Assembly (NCBI GenBank): GCA_050293845.1
Contig: JBNKNM010000010.1
Span: 1-64,000, forward strand
From: Pseudobacteriovorax sp.
GTDB lineage: Bacteria; Bdellovibrionota_B; Oligoflexia; Oligoflexales; Oligoflexaceae
Direction of reading: 5' to 3'
Length of the DNA stretch: 64,000 bases
Shown: positions 40,210 to 51,192 of the stretch, piece by piece
How the letters are laid out: each line of letters begins with the position of its first letter
How positions within the stretch are numbered: position 1 is the stretch's first letter
The notes under the pieces: model-generated
The model's input: only the letters and a program-made list of their open reading frames with translations
What the model was told of the DNA's origin: nothing
The model's database searches: none
Made by a program: the position numbers and the translations under genes

Positions 40210-40305
40210 GAAAAGTTTAACTAAAGCATATTGATCCAGTTTTATCCTAAAACCCTTCCTCAGAAATTCACACTATTGAGTGAGGAAGGTGTCAATACTA
40301 CAGAA

Positions 40306-40623
40306 CTAAGAATTTAATGACTCTTGAACAAAGTCCTCAAGTTTTTCCAAACCTTTAAAGCCAGTATACATTCCTTTTTTCTGCTGATCAGCAAAAATAA
40401 AGAATAAGGGAAGAACGTTAGAGTTAGCCAAATCAAGCATTTCCGGATAATCATCAACATTGATTTTAACAAACTTCAGTTGATGAATATTGTTTTTTTC
40501 CATTCTATCAGTAGCTGAATTTGACAGCTTGCAAATACCGCATCCCCGCTTCCAAAGTTTTAAAAAGATTTTTTCCCCATTATCAAGACTTGTTTTCAGT
40601 TGTACTGGTGTATAGGCTTCCAT
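40306..40623 (-). CDS. Thioredoxin family protein (CGIC)
   Basis: WKRGCGICK, FVKINVDD, VLP cis-Pro loop. Confidence 0.85.
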   Translation of the reverse strand: MEAYTPVQLKTSLDNGEKIFLKLWKRGCGICKLSNSATDRMEKNNIHQLKFVKINVDDYPEMLDLANSNVLPLFFIFADQQKKGMYTGFKGLEKLEDFVQESLNS

Positions 40624-40672
40624 GATGTACCTCTCAATAAATCAGCTGTGAACTTTACTTCCATACGACTCA

Positions 40673-41275
40673 TTATTTTACCGGTAATACCTGAGCATAC
40701 CGTTGACAAGATAGTCCTTGTTCTAATCGATTCGCAATTTTTTTCAACTCCTGCCGTTGCTGCGACGGCAGGGGACAAATGATTTGAAACTTACTACACG
40801 AATGCAAGTAATCAAGACGATATGTCAATAATTTACTGTCGGCAACGGGAAGTTTCTTGAGTTGGAATACATTCTTAATCTCAGCTTCAAATAATCGCAG
40901 TTTGCTCTTGGTTTTAACCAATCGTTTCCTCTCTAACGCCACAGTGGCTTCCCCTTGATCCTGCTCCGCCTTTAACACACGCAACCGATGCTCTAACCCT
41001 ACGACACGTTCCTCAAGTAGCCGATCAAACTGTCCCGCAGCAAGCCGCTCCATTTTTGATAGCTCATTTTTTGTGGTTTTGATCACCTTTGCTAGTTTTT
41101 TAAGTTTCTGACTCCAAACTTGAACGCTCGCTTCGCTATTTTGGATCTGATGATATAGGTTAATATAATATCCCGAAGCTTCTATACGACAAATTTCCCT
41201 TATATTTTGCCCATATTCACTCGAAAAAAGCTCTGTGGATAAAAGTACTAGCATACTTAAAAAAAATATCCTCAT
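40673..41275 (-). CDS. Secreted coiled-coil hypothetical protein
   Basis: Signal peptide, helical core, four Cys. Confidence 0.7.
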   Translation of the reverse strand: MRIFFLSMLVLLSTELFSSEYGQNIREICRIEASGYYINLYHQIQNSEASVQVWSQKLKKLAKVIKTTKNELSKMERLAAGQFDRLLEERVVGLEHRLRVLKAEQDQGEATVALERKRLVKTKSKLRLFEAEIKNVFQLKKLPVADSKLLTYRLDYLHSCSKFQIICPLPSQQRQELKKIANRLEQGLSCQRYAQVLPVK

Positions 41276-41386
41276 TTAGGAATCCCTAACAGTTTTAACC
41301 ATGTTTTTTTCTTCAAAGTATTCTACCATCCTCCAAGAATGCTAGAACTAAAGCAAGATAAAGCTTACTGAGAGGAGACATCCGAG

Positions 41387-43246
41387 ATGAAGGCAAAACA
41401 AAATTACTACAGCGACAATAATGATATAGAACTCCAACTACAATCTGAAGGAAAGCTAAATCAACTTTTCGAGCTGCTTTCTAACCAAGAAAAAGAAACT
41501 CTTGGCATTAGCTCTGCAGAGGAATTCTCTACCATGTGGTCCCAAATGTTGGAGTCAGTAGGTGAATATGCCGGTTCGCAACTGGCCCCAAATGCAGCCC
41601 AAGTGGAAAAGGAAGATATCAAGCTCGAAGATGGTAAAGTCATACTGCCACCCACAATCACGCAAAACATCCAAACCTTTATCGAAATGGGAGGCAATGC
41701 TCTTTCTGTACCTTTCGATTTTGGTGGCATGAACGCCCCCGTTCTGGTTGAACTGGCTGGTAGTGAGATGGTAGCCAGAGCCTGTCCTTCCACCCTACTC
41801 AATATTGGTTGGTACAGTCATATCGCCAATATTATCTATATGTTTGGCAGCGAAGATGTAAGAAATATGTTCATCCCTCCCATAGTCAGTGGTGAAATGT
41901 CAGGCTCTATGGCCCTTACCGAGCCAGATGTCGGCTCTGATCTTGCTAATATGAGAACCTATGCCGAATCCAATGAGGATGGCACTTGGAGTATTACCGG
42001 AGCAAAGCAATTTATCAGTAACGGTGGGGGCGGCATTAGTCTCGTCCTGGCTCAAAATAAAAAGGGAGCTAACAGTCTTAAAACTATCAGTCTATTTGTC
42101 GTACCTCAATTCATCGATGATAAGCAAAACTACTTAGTCACAAAAATCGAGGAAAAGCCAGGGCTGCATGGTTCTGCTACCTGTGCCATGCAGTTCGAAA
42201 AATCTAAGGGATGGCTGCTAGGGAAGGACGGTGAGGGCTTTATTTATATGCTCCATCTGATGAATGAAGCCCGTCTCGCTGTAGGATTTCAAGGTCTTGG
42301 CTTAATGGAAGCTTGCATACGCCTTTCAGAAGAATATGCGAGCCAAAGGCAAGCATGGGGCAAACCGATCGCCCAACATGAAATGATCTGTGAAAAATTG
42401 ATGGATATGCGTGCTGAATCTAGTGTTTTCCGTGGATTACTTTACAAAGGTGCCCATTATGCTTCCATGATTACCATGATAGAGCAACGTCTTAAGGATA
42501 AGGCACTAGGGGATGAAAAAACGGAGATCCTTGAGAAAGATCTGCGACGATATAGAAGAAAACTCCGTGAATGGACTCCTTTGCTGAAATGGTGGGCTGG
42601 TGAAAGGTCTTACGAATTTGCAAGAAATAGTGTTCAAATCCATGGCGGTTACGGCTTTACCAAGGAATACCAAGCTGAATGGTGGGTTCGCGAAAGCTTG
42701 ATCATTAGCATTTATGAAGGGACATCTGAAATCCAAGCTTTGATGTGCATCAAGGATACTATGAAAGATGTCATTAGAAATCCTGGTAAGTTTGTTGAGA
42801 TACTATTTGCGACAAGAATGAAATCCATTGCCGAGCTTGACCCTCTAAAGCGCAAGTATTACAAAATCAAGCTTACATACCTTAATAGTATTGTGACACT
42901 TATCATCAAGCTTGTTAAAAAGAATGTTCGCTCCAATATCAAATCTGAGAAAAAATCTGATGTCTTAAACCTCATCAAGAGCCTGAAGGTCATTTTAACA
43001 AATTTTGAAAATATCTCTCCTGCTTATCTCAACGCCTCCCGTATTTGTGAAATGAAGTCAATAACAGCTTTATCACGCAGCGCTTTGGAAGATATGAATA
43101 TCAGTGAAAAGCATAAGGAATACGCATCAAGGTTTATCAATCGGTTCTACCCTTCCATTCTGAAGATTAGAGCCGAGCTGGAATGGGATGATGAGCAAGT
43201 TACTAAGGCTTGTAATCCCAAAGACTTAAGTGTGGCTAATGGGTAA
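41387..43246 (+). CDS. Acyl-CoA dehydrogenase family protein with a C-terminal extension
   Basis: MALTEPDVGSD, GAKQFIS, KPGLHGSATC, QIHGGYGF, IYEGTSEIQ. Confidence 0.93.
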   Translation: MKAKQNYYSDNNDIELQLQSEGKLNQLFELLSNQEKETLGISSAEEFSTMWSQMLESVGEYAGSQLAPNAAQVEKEDIKLEDGKVILPPTITQNIQTFIEMGGNALSVPFDFGGMNAPVLVELAGSEMVARACPSTLLNIGWYSHIANIIYMFGSEDVRNMFIPPIVSGEMSGSMALTEPDVGSDLANMRTYAESNEDGTWSITGAKQFISNGGGGISLVLAQNKKGANSLKTISLFVVPQFIDDKQNYLVTKIEEKPGLHGSATCAMQFEKSKGWLLGKDGEGFIYMLHLMNEARLAVGFQGLGLMEACIRLSEEYASQRQAWGKPIAQHEMICEKLMDMRAESSVFRGLLYKGAHYASMITMIEQRLKDKALGDEKTEILEKDLRRYRRKLREWTPLLKWWAGERSYEFARNSVQIHGGYGFTKEYQAEWWVRESLIISIYEGTSEIQALMCIKDTMKDVIRNPGKFVEILFATRMKSIAELDPLKRKYYKIKLTYLNSIVTLIIKLVKKNVRSNIKSEKKSDVLNLIKSLKVILTNFENISPAYLNASRICEMKSITALSRSALEDMNISEKHKEYASRFINRFYPSILKIRAELEWDDEQVTKACNPKDLSVANG

Positions 43247-43250
43247 AACT

Positions 43251-43279
43251 AAAAAAGAGAGCTGAGAGCTCTCTTTTTT
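43251..43279. terminator. Bidirectional rho-independent terminator
   Basis: Perfect AAAAAAGAGAGCT-GAG-AGCTCTCTTTTTT between convergent genes. Confidence 0.9.
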
Positions 43280-43309
43280 GCTAATCTTTCATGGGCTGCT
43301 GGTCCTCTG

Positions 43310-45388
43310 TTACTTCCCTACTATTTTGAATTCATCGATAAGCCACCCATCTAGGACCACAGAGTAATCTGAGGTAAAACGGAACCTGAGCTTAAAGCTA
43401 CTGGAGCTGCTTGTGACGCTTGCCAAAGATATTTTTAGATTATGCCACCCTGCACTACCCGTTAAAGTTTGTAAGGTTTCCCAGGAGCCACCATCCACTG
43501 ATATCTCAACATAGCCATTGTCATAACCTTGTTCGATCTCATATTTGGTTTTCATAATGAGGAACAAATCATCTCTGCTAGGATATGACTGGCTAACAGC
43601 AGAGATTGACTGATTATTTTCATAAGATCCCCCAGGACTATCGGAAACATAATCGTTACCATCGATCGTCTCAATACCCCAGGGAGCTTCAATTTCTGTA
43701 AATGTATCCAAAGAGCCTGTATTAATTTCATAATAGCTTGGAAACGGAAGAGTAAAAGGCACCGTGGCTGAAACAGCGCTGCGATTACCAACATTATCAA
43801 CAGCCTTTAAGGCGATATAGCCATTAAATCCTACTTCCAAGTTATTGATACTGGCTTCAAACTTATCTGTACCCTGAACTAGGCTTTGCAGTTCAAAGAC
43901 CTCGGCAGAAGCCCAGTTATCTTCAGTAATGGGTTCAGCGCTTATGCGCGCCTGATAATAGGCAGCATCACCCTCATACAAGTCGTCTCCCGAAGGGTGC
44001 CAGGAGATTTTAATAGATTCAAGATCAGTCATGTCGATGGAAACTGACTCAGGAACTGCGGGAGCAACTTCGTCCGTCTCCAGAGAAGAACTGGCGCTTA
44101 TGCGGCCATAATTGACTTTTTTAGTCAAACTGGATAGTGGAACTGATGCGGACAAAATGCGAGCTTTAACTTGTAAGTGATCCCAATCCTTAAAGACCGA
44201 TTTTACTAAAGCAGCCAGGCCAGACACATGAGGTGTCGCCATTGATGTGCCACTTTTATAATCGTAGCCACCAGGAATCGTAGAGTAAATAGAACTTCCT
44301 GGGGCTGCAATATCAACAGCCTTTGCTCCATAATTAGAAAAGGAGGATAGCTGATCGTTGTTATCAGTGGAAGCCACTGCGATGATATTTTCGAGTTCAT
44401 AGGCTGCGGGATAAAATGGCGAATTATCAATATCGATAGCGCTATTCCCCGCTGCCGCAATGAATAATATTCCTGCTCTATCAGCGTTTTCAATAGCTGA
44501 CCTTATAAGGTCCGAGGCAGCACCGCCCCCCCAGCTATTATTTGTCAGATCGACACCGATGGTTGTCGCGTAATTAATGGCTTCCACAAGGGCATCAGTT
44601 GTGGTCTGACCATCCCCTGAAAATACTTTTAAGCCAACCAAAGAAACCTGCCAATTGACTCCTACAACCCCAACACCATTATCACCAACTGCGCCTATGG
44701 TACCAGCACAATGCGATCCATGGGAATGATCATCCATGGGATCATTATCCCCATTGATGAAATCCCAACCGCGAAAATCGTCAATATAACCATTACCATC
44801 ATCGTCAAGCCCATTGCTTCTTTTATCGTTGCCATTCGCGTCTAAACCATTTTCTCCAGGGTTTGTCCAATAATTGGCGGCAAGGTCGGGATGGGTATAG
44901 TCGATGCCCGTATCGATAACCCCCACCAAAATATCACGACTCCCTGTTGAAATATCCCAGGCTCTTACAGCATCGATATCCTTGCCAAAATTACTTGAGT
45001 TTTTTAGACCATAGAGCTTTTCAAATTCAGGGTCATTAGGTACGGTGTCCGTCAACCGATAAATAGCATTTGCTTCCACCGTCTCAACATTTGCCAACGA
45101 GCTTAGATATTCTGCAATTTTTTTTAAGTTCTTTACCTCAGCTTGGTCTCCTTTAAAGGAAATCACAGCCATTTTCGATCGGGAAGCTTTTGTGATAAAT
45201 TGTACAGGCTCCGATAAAGTCTTTTTGACATAATTTTGCCACTCTTTTGGAATTTCACCCTTAAACTTTACTATCAGTTCTCCTGGTATATGTTCATGAT
45301 CAAGATTGAAATTGACTGGTGATTTTGCGTACAGTTGGAGCCCCATGAGACCCGCAGATACTGTACAAGCAATTTTCAAAAAACTCAT
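43310..45388 (-). CDS. Secreted S8 (subtilisin-like) serine peptidase with C-terminal beta-sandwich domains
   Basis: VIDTG, HGSHCAG, AAAGN, GTSMATP; signal peptide and propeptide. Confidence 0.95.
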   Translation of the reverse strand: MSFLKIACTVSAGLMGLQLYAKSPVNFNLDHEHIPGELIVKFKGEIPKEWQNYVKKTLSEPVQFITKASRSKMAVISFKGDQAEVKNLKKIAEYLSSLANVETVEANAIYRLTDTVPNDPEFEKLYGLKNSSNFGKDIDAVRAWDISTGSRDILVGVIDTGIDYTHPDLAANYWTNPGENGLDANGNDKRSNGLDDDGNGYIDDFRGWDFINGDNDPMDDHSHGSHCAGTIGAVGDNGVGVVGVNWQVSLVGLKVFSGDGQTTTDALVEAINYATTIGVDLTNNSWGGGAASDLIRSAIENADRAGILFIAAAGNSAIDIDNSPFYPAAYELENIIAVASTDNNDQLSSFSNYGAKAVDIAAPGSSIYSTIPGGYDYKSGTSMATPHVSGLAALVKSVFKDWDHLQVKARILSASVPLSSLTKKVNYGRISASSSLETDEVAPAVPESVSIDMTDLESIKISWHPSGDDLYEGDAAYYQARISAEPITEDNWASAEVFELQSLVQGTDKFEASINNLEVGFNGYIALKAVDNVGNRSAVSATVPFTLPFPSYYEINTGSLDTFTEIEAPWGIETIDGNDYVSDSPGGSYENNQSISAVSQSYPSRDDLFLIMKTKYEIEQGYDNGYVEISVDGGSWETLQTLTGSAGWHNLKISLASVTSSSSSFKLRFRFTSDYSVVLDGWLIDEFKIVGK

Positions 45389-45616
45389 AGAATCCTCATA
45401 AGTTCGGTAAATACCCTTCAGCCTATAAAAAGCCGAGCCTGCTTAATCCATGCAATTGTGGAATAAACGACCGCTAGATCGTATTCCATTTGCGTTAAAA
45501 ATTGTAAGTACTAAGGCACTATAGAGTTTCATGGCAGGGCATGTAAAATACTTATTACTTTACATTCTTACAATTAATTTCACTATATATAGGAAAACCA
45601 CCCCTTTGAAGGGGAG

Positions 45617-46375
45617 TTAGAATGAAATTGATAGGGATATAGGACAGTGATCGGAGCCATAAACATCTGCAAGAATTGCTGCATCGCTCAAGCTCTGTGC
45701 TAATCGTTCTGAAACGCAAAAGTAATCAATACGCCACCCTACATTGCGCTCCCTGGCACGAGTACGATAGCTCCACCAGGAATACTGGTGAGGTTCTTGA
45801 TTAAACTTTCTAAAAGTATCTATAAAACCTGCATCGAGCAGCTTACTAAAACTCATCCTTTCTTGCGGGGTAAAACCAGCGGTTTTTACATTTGCGGCTG
45901 GATGCGCTATATCAATCTCTTTATGAGCTACATTTAAATCTCCGCAAAAAATAACCGGTTTCGTCTTATCAAGCTCAACCACATGATTACGAAACGCGAG
46001 ATCCCATTCATTTACCCGATAGTCAAGGCGTCTCAACGCATTCTGCGAATTAGGGGTGTAAACGGTAACCAAAAAGTACTGGTCAAACTCAATGGTAATG
46101 ACCCGACCCTCGTTATCGTGCTCGGGAAGTCCCATTCCGTAACTGACACTGAGAGGCTTAATCTTTGTAAATATAGCTGTTCCGCTATAGCCTTTTTTTT
46201 CAGCGCTGTTCCAATAGATTTCGTAGCCATCAAGCTCAAGTTCGACTTGATCCTGATTTGCTTTCACCTCCTGCAAGCAAAGAATATCAGGATTTTCCTT
46301 AGCCACAAAATCCATAAACCCTTTGCCAAGAACGGCGCGAATACCATTAACATTCCATGAAACTAATTTATACAT
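45617..46375 (-). CDS. xth: Exodeoxyribonuclease III (ExoA/Xth)
   Basis: [35 protein letters not shown]. Confidence 0.96.
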   Translation of the reverse strand: MYKLVSWNVNGIRAVLGKGFMDFVAKENPDILCLQEVKANQDQVELELDGYEIYWNSAEKKGYSGTAIFTKIKPLSVSYGMGLPEHDNEGRVITIEFDQYFLVTVYTPNSQNALRRLDYRVNEWDLAFRNHVVELDKTKPVIFCGDLNVAHKEIDIAHPAANVKTAGFTPQERMSFSKLLDAGFIDTFRKFNQEPHQYSWWSYRTRARERNVGWRIDYFCVSERLAQSLSDAAILADVYGSDHCPISLSISF

Positions 46376-46381
46376 CAACTT

Positions 46382-49045
46382 CTACCCCAACATTTTAACT
46401 ACTTCAGCAAAACTCGATGCCAATGCCTGATCAACTCCCTCCAGCAAAGTTCCACCAGCCTGAGCCAGATCCGGTTTTCCTCCACCACGGCCATTGATCA
46501 TAGGACTTAGCCTTTTAATGAGTTCTCCTGCCTTGAAAGATGATGGTGCTTGTTTACCTTTCGCTGCCAAAAGCAGTGCTTTACCTGTGGTATTTTGTTT
46601 CATACCTAGCAGCAAAATGAGGTTCGCTTCTTTTTGCGTCAAGCGCTCCGCAATCTCTCTTAACGTTTTTACTCCTTGCTCATCTTCGGGACATAGGAAA
46701 TTCAGTATTTTGGTATCACCGGACTGCTGTGCATCCTTAAGGACGGTATCTAACTGCCCCATAATTTCTTTCGCCCGGAAGCTTTCCAGCTGTTTCCTTA
46801 GTTCTTTCTCGGCAGCTGTAGCCTTCTCGAAGCGTTGCGTCAACTCTTCTAAGTTGGCTAATTTGTAATTTTCCTTAATGGTTCTCACAGTTACGTCCTG
46901 CGTTGCCAGATACTGGAATGCTTTTTCAGATGTATAAGCTGTAATCCTACGCACCCCAGCTGCAATACTGGCTTCTGAAATAATTTTAAAGAGATTGATT
47001 TCAGCTGCGAACTCTACATGGCAGCCTCCACAAAGCTCAATACTAAAATCTCCGACACTGACGACCCGGACCCTATCGCCATATTTTTCTCCAAAAAAAG
47101 CAATAGCTCCTGCAGCTACGGCATCGTCCTTAGACATAAGCCTATTTTGAACCCTAGAATTCTGCCAAATCTTTTGGTTGATCAGAGATTCTATCTCAGC
47201 TAGCTCTTGCGCAGTGAGGGCTTGAAAGTGGGAAAAATCGAACCTTAGCATCTCATCGTTTACCAGTGAACCTGCCTGTTTAACGTGATCTCCTAAAGTT
47301 TTCCGTAGCGCCCAATGCAGCATATGAGTAGCCGTATGATTGCGAGCTGTTAACTGACGCCGGTAGCGATCGGTCTCTTGCATGTAGGTTTGACCTACAC
47401 GAACAGTACCATGATCAATCTTAGCTTTGACAACAATCAGATCGGGGATAGGTTTCTGCACATCAATAACGGAGGCAGCAAAATTTTCACCCACAATTCT
47501 TCCGCGATCACCAACCTGGCCACCACCTTCAGGGTAAAATGGTGTCTTTTCAAAGACTAATTCTATGGGCTGCTGAGCTTCAGCGGTAAAATCCACAGCA
47601 GTTTTCTCATCGTCACCCTGGAAAATAGCGAGACACTTTGATTTCAAGCTCAGATTTTCATAACCCACAAACTCTGGAGTGCTGCCCAGACCTTCTTTAA
47701 TCGTATGATAGATTTCCTGAGTTTGCTGGCCACCGGCCCCTTTCCAATTCTTGCGCGATTGTTCTTTCTGTCGTGCCATAGCCTTCTCAAACCCAAGCTC
47801 ATCCACCGTAAAACCTCGTTCCTGGCAGATAATTCTGGTGAGATCCACAGGGAATCCAAATGTATCATAAAGCTTAAAGGCTGTTTCACCACTTAAATCC
47901 CCCTTACCTGAAAGAGTAGCTAACTCTTCGTCCAAGAGGCTAAGCCCGCGCTCGAGAGTTTTAAAAAATTGACTCTCTTCCGCGGCAACGGCTTTTTCAA
48001 TAAGCTTGGCCTGATTTTTTAGACTGGGATATGCTTCAGCCATCTGATCGACAACCTTAGCACAGACTTTATATAAGAATGGTTCTGCAAAACCGATGTT
48101 GCGACCATAACGCACAGCCCGGCGGATAATTCTACGGAGTACATAGCCCCGGCCTTCATTCGAAGGGATAACCCCATCGCTGATAAGAAAAGTGGCAGCG
48201 CGAGCGTGATCGGCTATCACGCGGTAGCTGAAGGCTCCTGGGGACTTGGCATCATAGGGGGCTCCTGCAAGATCGGCAGTAAAGTGTAAAATGTCCACAA
48301 AAGAATCAATCTCATAATTTGTTTGAGTCTTTTGTAATATCCCAGCAATACGCTCTAAGCCCATGCCCGTATCAACTGATGGTTTCGGTAATGGGGTTAA
48401 ATTGCCACTCTGATCCCGTTCGTATTGCATGAATACAAGGTTCCAAAACTCCATAAAGCGATCGCACTCACATTGGCCAATGCCACAATTGCTACCACAA
48501 CTAAACTCTTCTCCCCTGTCGACAAATATCTCACTGCAAGGCCCGCATGGCCCCACATCCCCCATGGCCCAAAAATTATCTTCATCAAGGGGGATAACTT
48601 TCTCTTTGGGAAAACCTATTTTTTCAACCCAAATCTGTGCGGCTTCATCATCGGAGTTATGGACGGTTACATAAATCACTTCAGGATCTAATTTAAGATG
48701 ATTGATGATAAAGTCCCAGGCATAGCGAATAGCATCGTATTTAAAGTAATCACCAAAAGAAAAGTTACCCAGCATTTCAAAAAAAGTATGGTGCCGCGCT
48801 GTATGCCCGACATTCTCAAGATCGTTATGTTTACCTCCAGCGCGGACACATTTCTGGCAGGAAGTTGCCCTCTTATAAGAACGGGTTTCTTTGCCCGTAA
48901 AAATATCTTTAAATTGATTCATCCCCGCATTGGCAAATAGTAATGTAGGATCATTTTGCGGAACCAAAGAGGAACTCTCAACGACTTCATGACCATTATT
49001 CTTAAAATACTCTAAAAAACTTTTCCTAATATCTGATACTTTCAT
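46382..49045 (-). CDS. alaS: Alanine--tRNA ligase
   Basis: DPTLLFANAGMNQFK, HHTFFEMLGNFSFGDYFK, HTATH, ELCGGCH, GGGKPDLAQAGG. Confidence 0.98.
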   Translation of the reverse strand: MKVSDIRKSFLEYFKNNGHEVVESSSLVPQNDPTLLFANAGMNQFKDIFTGKETRSYKRATSCQKCVRAGGKHNDLENVGHTARHHTFFEMLGNFSFGDYFKYDAIRYAWDFIINHLKLDPEVIYVTVHNSDDEAAQIWVEKIGFPKEKVIPLDEDNFWAMGDVGPCGPCSEIFVDRGEEFSCGSNCGIGQCECDRFMEFWNLVFMQYERDQSGNLTPLPKPSVDTGMGLERIAGILQKTQTNYEIDSFVDILHFTADLAGAPYDAKSPGAFSYRVIADHARAATFLISDGVIPSNEGRGYVLRRIIRRAVRYGRNIGFAEPFLYKVCAKVVDQMAEAYPSLKNQAKLIEKAVAAEESQFFKTLERGLSLLDEELATLSGKGDLSGETAFKLYDTFGFPVDLTRIICQERGFTVDELGFEKAMARQKEQSRKNWKGAGGQQTQEIYHTIKEGLGSTPEFVGYENLSLKSKCLAIFQGDDEKTAVDFTAEAQQPIELVFEKTPFYPEGGGQVGDRGRIVGENFAASVIDVQKPIPDLIVVKAKIDHGTVRVGQTYMQETDRYRRQLTARNHTATHMLHWALRKTLGDHVKQAGSLVNDEMLRFDFSHFQALTAQELAEIESLINQKIWQNSRVQNRLMSKDDAVAAGAIAFFGEKYGDRVRVVSVGDFSIELCGGCHVEFAAEINLFKIISEASIAAGVRRITAYTSEKAFQYLATQDVTVRTIKENYKLANLEELTQRFEKATAAEKELRKQLESFRAKEIMGQLDTVLKDAQQSGDTKILNFLCPEDEQGVKTLREIAERLTQKEANLILLLGMKQNTTGKALLLAAKGKQAPSSFKAGELIKRLSPMINGRGGGKPDLAQAGGTLLEGVDQALASSFAEVVKMLG

Positions 49046-49068
49046 AATCAAACTCATAACACTGCTAG

Positions 49069-50604
49069 TTAATAAGACTTAACAAGTTCCCTAAGACATT
49101 GGACAGCTTGCCCACTCCCCCCCACTTCGCGCAGGGCACCCACTGCATTGTCATTCCACGAGTATATATCGAAATGGGCAAAAACAGTGGGATCAACAAA
49201 ACTGTGGAGGAACAATGCCGCTGTAATAGCTCCTCCAAATGAACCTGTAGCACAGTGGTTAATATCGGCAAATTGGGTTTTCAGCAAGCTAGTATAACCA
49301 TCAAAAAGGGGAACCTCCCACATCAAGTCCCCTGATTTCTGGCTTGCTTGTGCTATTTTTTCCGACAAGTCATCGTCGCTAGCAAAATATCCCCCCATAC
49401 CAACCCCCAGACCAACTTTCATCGCCCCGGTTAAAGTTGCCACACTAATAATAGCACGTGCTCTCTCGTCTCCTGCCTGCTCTTTTGCCAGTGCCAGTGC
49501 ATCAGCTAGTACGAGTCGACCCTCAGCATCGGTATTATGAATCTCAACCGTTTTACCACTGCGTGATGTGATCACATCGCTTGGTCTGAATGAGTTACTT
49601 GAAATGGCGTTTTCAGCAAGGGCCAGATACAAATCCATAGGCTTTTGGATACCATCTTGAATCAAGGAGTAGAATGCTCCCACGATGGCAGCAGATCCTC
49701 CCATGTCTTTTTTCATCAACCTCATATTAGATGCAGGTTTAAGGTCGAGCCCCCCTGAATCAAAGGTGATCCCCTTACCAACGAGGACGATGGGAGCCTT
49801 TTTATCGTTTTCACCTCCCGGCCTATAGCATATTTTGACGAGACGGGGCTGGTGGGCGGAAGCCCCTCCGACCGCAAGCATTAAATTCATATTTTCTGTC
49901 GCCAGCTTCGCTTCATCCCATATTTCGACCGAGATACCGGGGGTGTTTTCAAATAGTCCTTTAATTGCAGTAGCATAGGAATCAGGATACAAAACATTGG
50001 GCGGCAAATTTACCAAATGCCTCGCTAAGTTCGTTCCTGTAGCAATAGCGATAGCCTCATCCAGGCATTCCTGGGTGACTCCCTCAAGGTGAAGCTTTAA
50101 AGCAGGCATTTCACCGGAGCTCGCTCCATTAAAGGTATAAGCAGCCAGCTCCATGCCAACCAAGGTACCTAACATCACTGCCGCTGCATCCTCACGAAAA
50201 TGCACGGAAATAGCATCCAATTGACTGTTTAAAAGCTTCTCCATAGCCTCGCCCGCCAGATCACGGCTCATCGCATAATAACTGGGAGCGAGTTTTCCAC
50301 GATTTCTTTGCATAACTTTTTTATCAGGGAATAGGAGCTGCATGATCCAGATAGGGCCCTTTTGACCTGAAAACTCAAGGATTGGCTCAGTGGGATCATA
50401 TGATTTGAGTTGCCAAGCATGAAGCTCCCCCTCCAAATCACTGAGGACTTGCTCCCTTTGAGATGTCGATGTGATTACATAGAGGCGACCATCGCTATTT
50501 ACCTGGCCAGCAAAGGACGCATGCTCTGCAAGAAACCCTCTTATTACAGTCGACAATAAGTCTTTTCGGTTATTACCTGTTCCTCTACTGGTCGATATGG
50601 ACAT
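49069..50604 (-). CDS. M17 leucyl aminopeptidase
   Basis: GKGITFDSGG, MKKDMGG, NTDAEGRL, ATLTGA. Confidence 0.95.
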   Translation of the reverse strand: MSISTSRGTGNNRKDLLSTVIRGFLAEHASFAGQVNSDGRLYVITSTSQREQVLSDLEGELHAWQLKSYDPTEPILEFSGQKGPIWIMQLLFPDKKVMQRNRGKLAPSYYAMSRDLAGEAMEKLLNSQLDAISVHFREDAAAVMLGTLVGMELAAYTFNGASSGEMPALKLHLEGVTQECLDEAIAIATGTNLARHLVNLPPNVLYPDSYATAIKGLFENTPGISVEIWDEAKLATENMNLMLAVGGASAHQPRLVKICYRPGGENDKKAPIVLVGKGITFDSGGLDLKPASNMRLMKKDMGGSAAIVGAFYSLIQDGIQKPMDLYLALAENAISSNSFRPSDVITSRSGKTVEIHNTDAEGRLVLADALALAKEQAGDERARAIISVATLTGAMKVGLGVGMGGYFASDDDLSEKIAQASQKSGDLMWEVPLFDGYTSLLKTQFADINHCATGSFGGAITAALFLHSFVDPTVFAHFDIYSWNDNAVGALREVGGSGQAVQCLRELVKSY

Positions 50605-50910
50605 CTATCACCCCCGTGGCTGCATATTTTCATTAGATTACAAAGAACCATCCAAGATTACTGGAGACTAGACCAGTGCCTGGGGAAAGACAAGTAGGTG
50701 GAACAATCAGTTTATTACTTCTAAGAAAGGAATAATTCCGATGTTGTGCTCTTATCTGCTGATTCATAAAATAAATACAGACACATACAGTTATTGATCG
50801 TTTCTGCGATAATGACTGGAAATTTTAAGTTAGATGGTTATATTAATATGTCCACAAACAGTGGACCGAAGAAAAGACATGGGAAATAAAACCATCCCGG
50901 GAGAAAAAGG

Positions 50911-51192
50911 ATGCCAAAAGTAGAAATAACAACTGATGATCTTACCTTAGAGGTAGAAGATGGCTACGCTCTGATAGATATGTGCGAAGATCATGATACG
51001 TCTATTCTATTCGGCTGCCGCGATGGTGCCTGCGGCGCTTGTATGGTCAAAGTCCTCAAAGGTGCTGATAAGCTCAGCCCCATGCAAGATGATGAAAAAG
51101 ACTTTCTTGAGACTATGGCAGCCGAACCTGATGAACGTCTTGCCTGCCAATGTAAAGTATATGGCGATGTAACCCTTGAAGTCTCCGAATAG
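50911..51192 (+). CDS. 2Fe-2S ferredoxin
   Basis: FGCRDGACGAC...RLACQC. Confidence 0.93.
   Translation: MPKVEITTDDLTLEVEDGYALIDMCEDHDTSILFGCRDGACGACMVKVLKGADKLSPMQDDEKDFLETMAAEPDERLACQCKVYGDVTLEVSE

Noticed and set aside
45401..45427. Sigma-28-like site (minus strand TATA-N15-ACCGAACT) before the subtilase gene
   Set aside because: Several mismatches, and the implied TSS would fall within the RBS.
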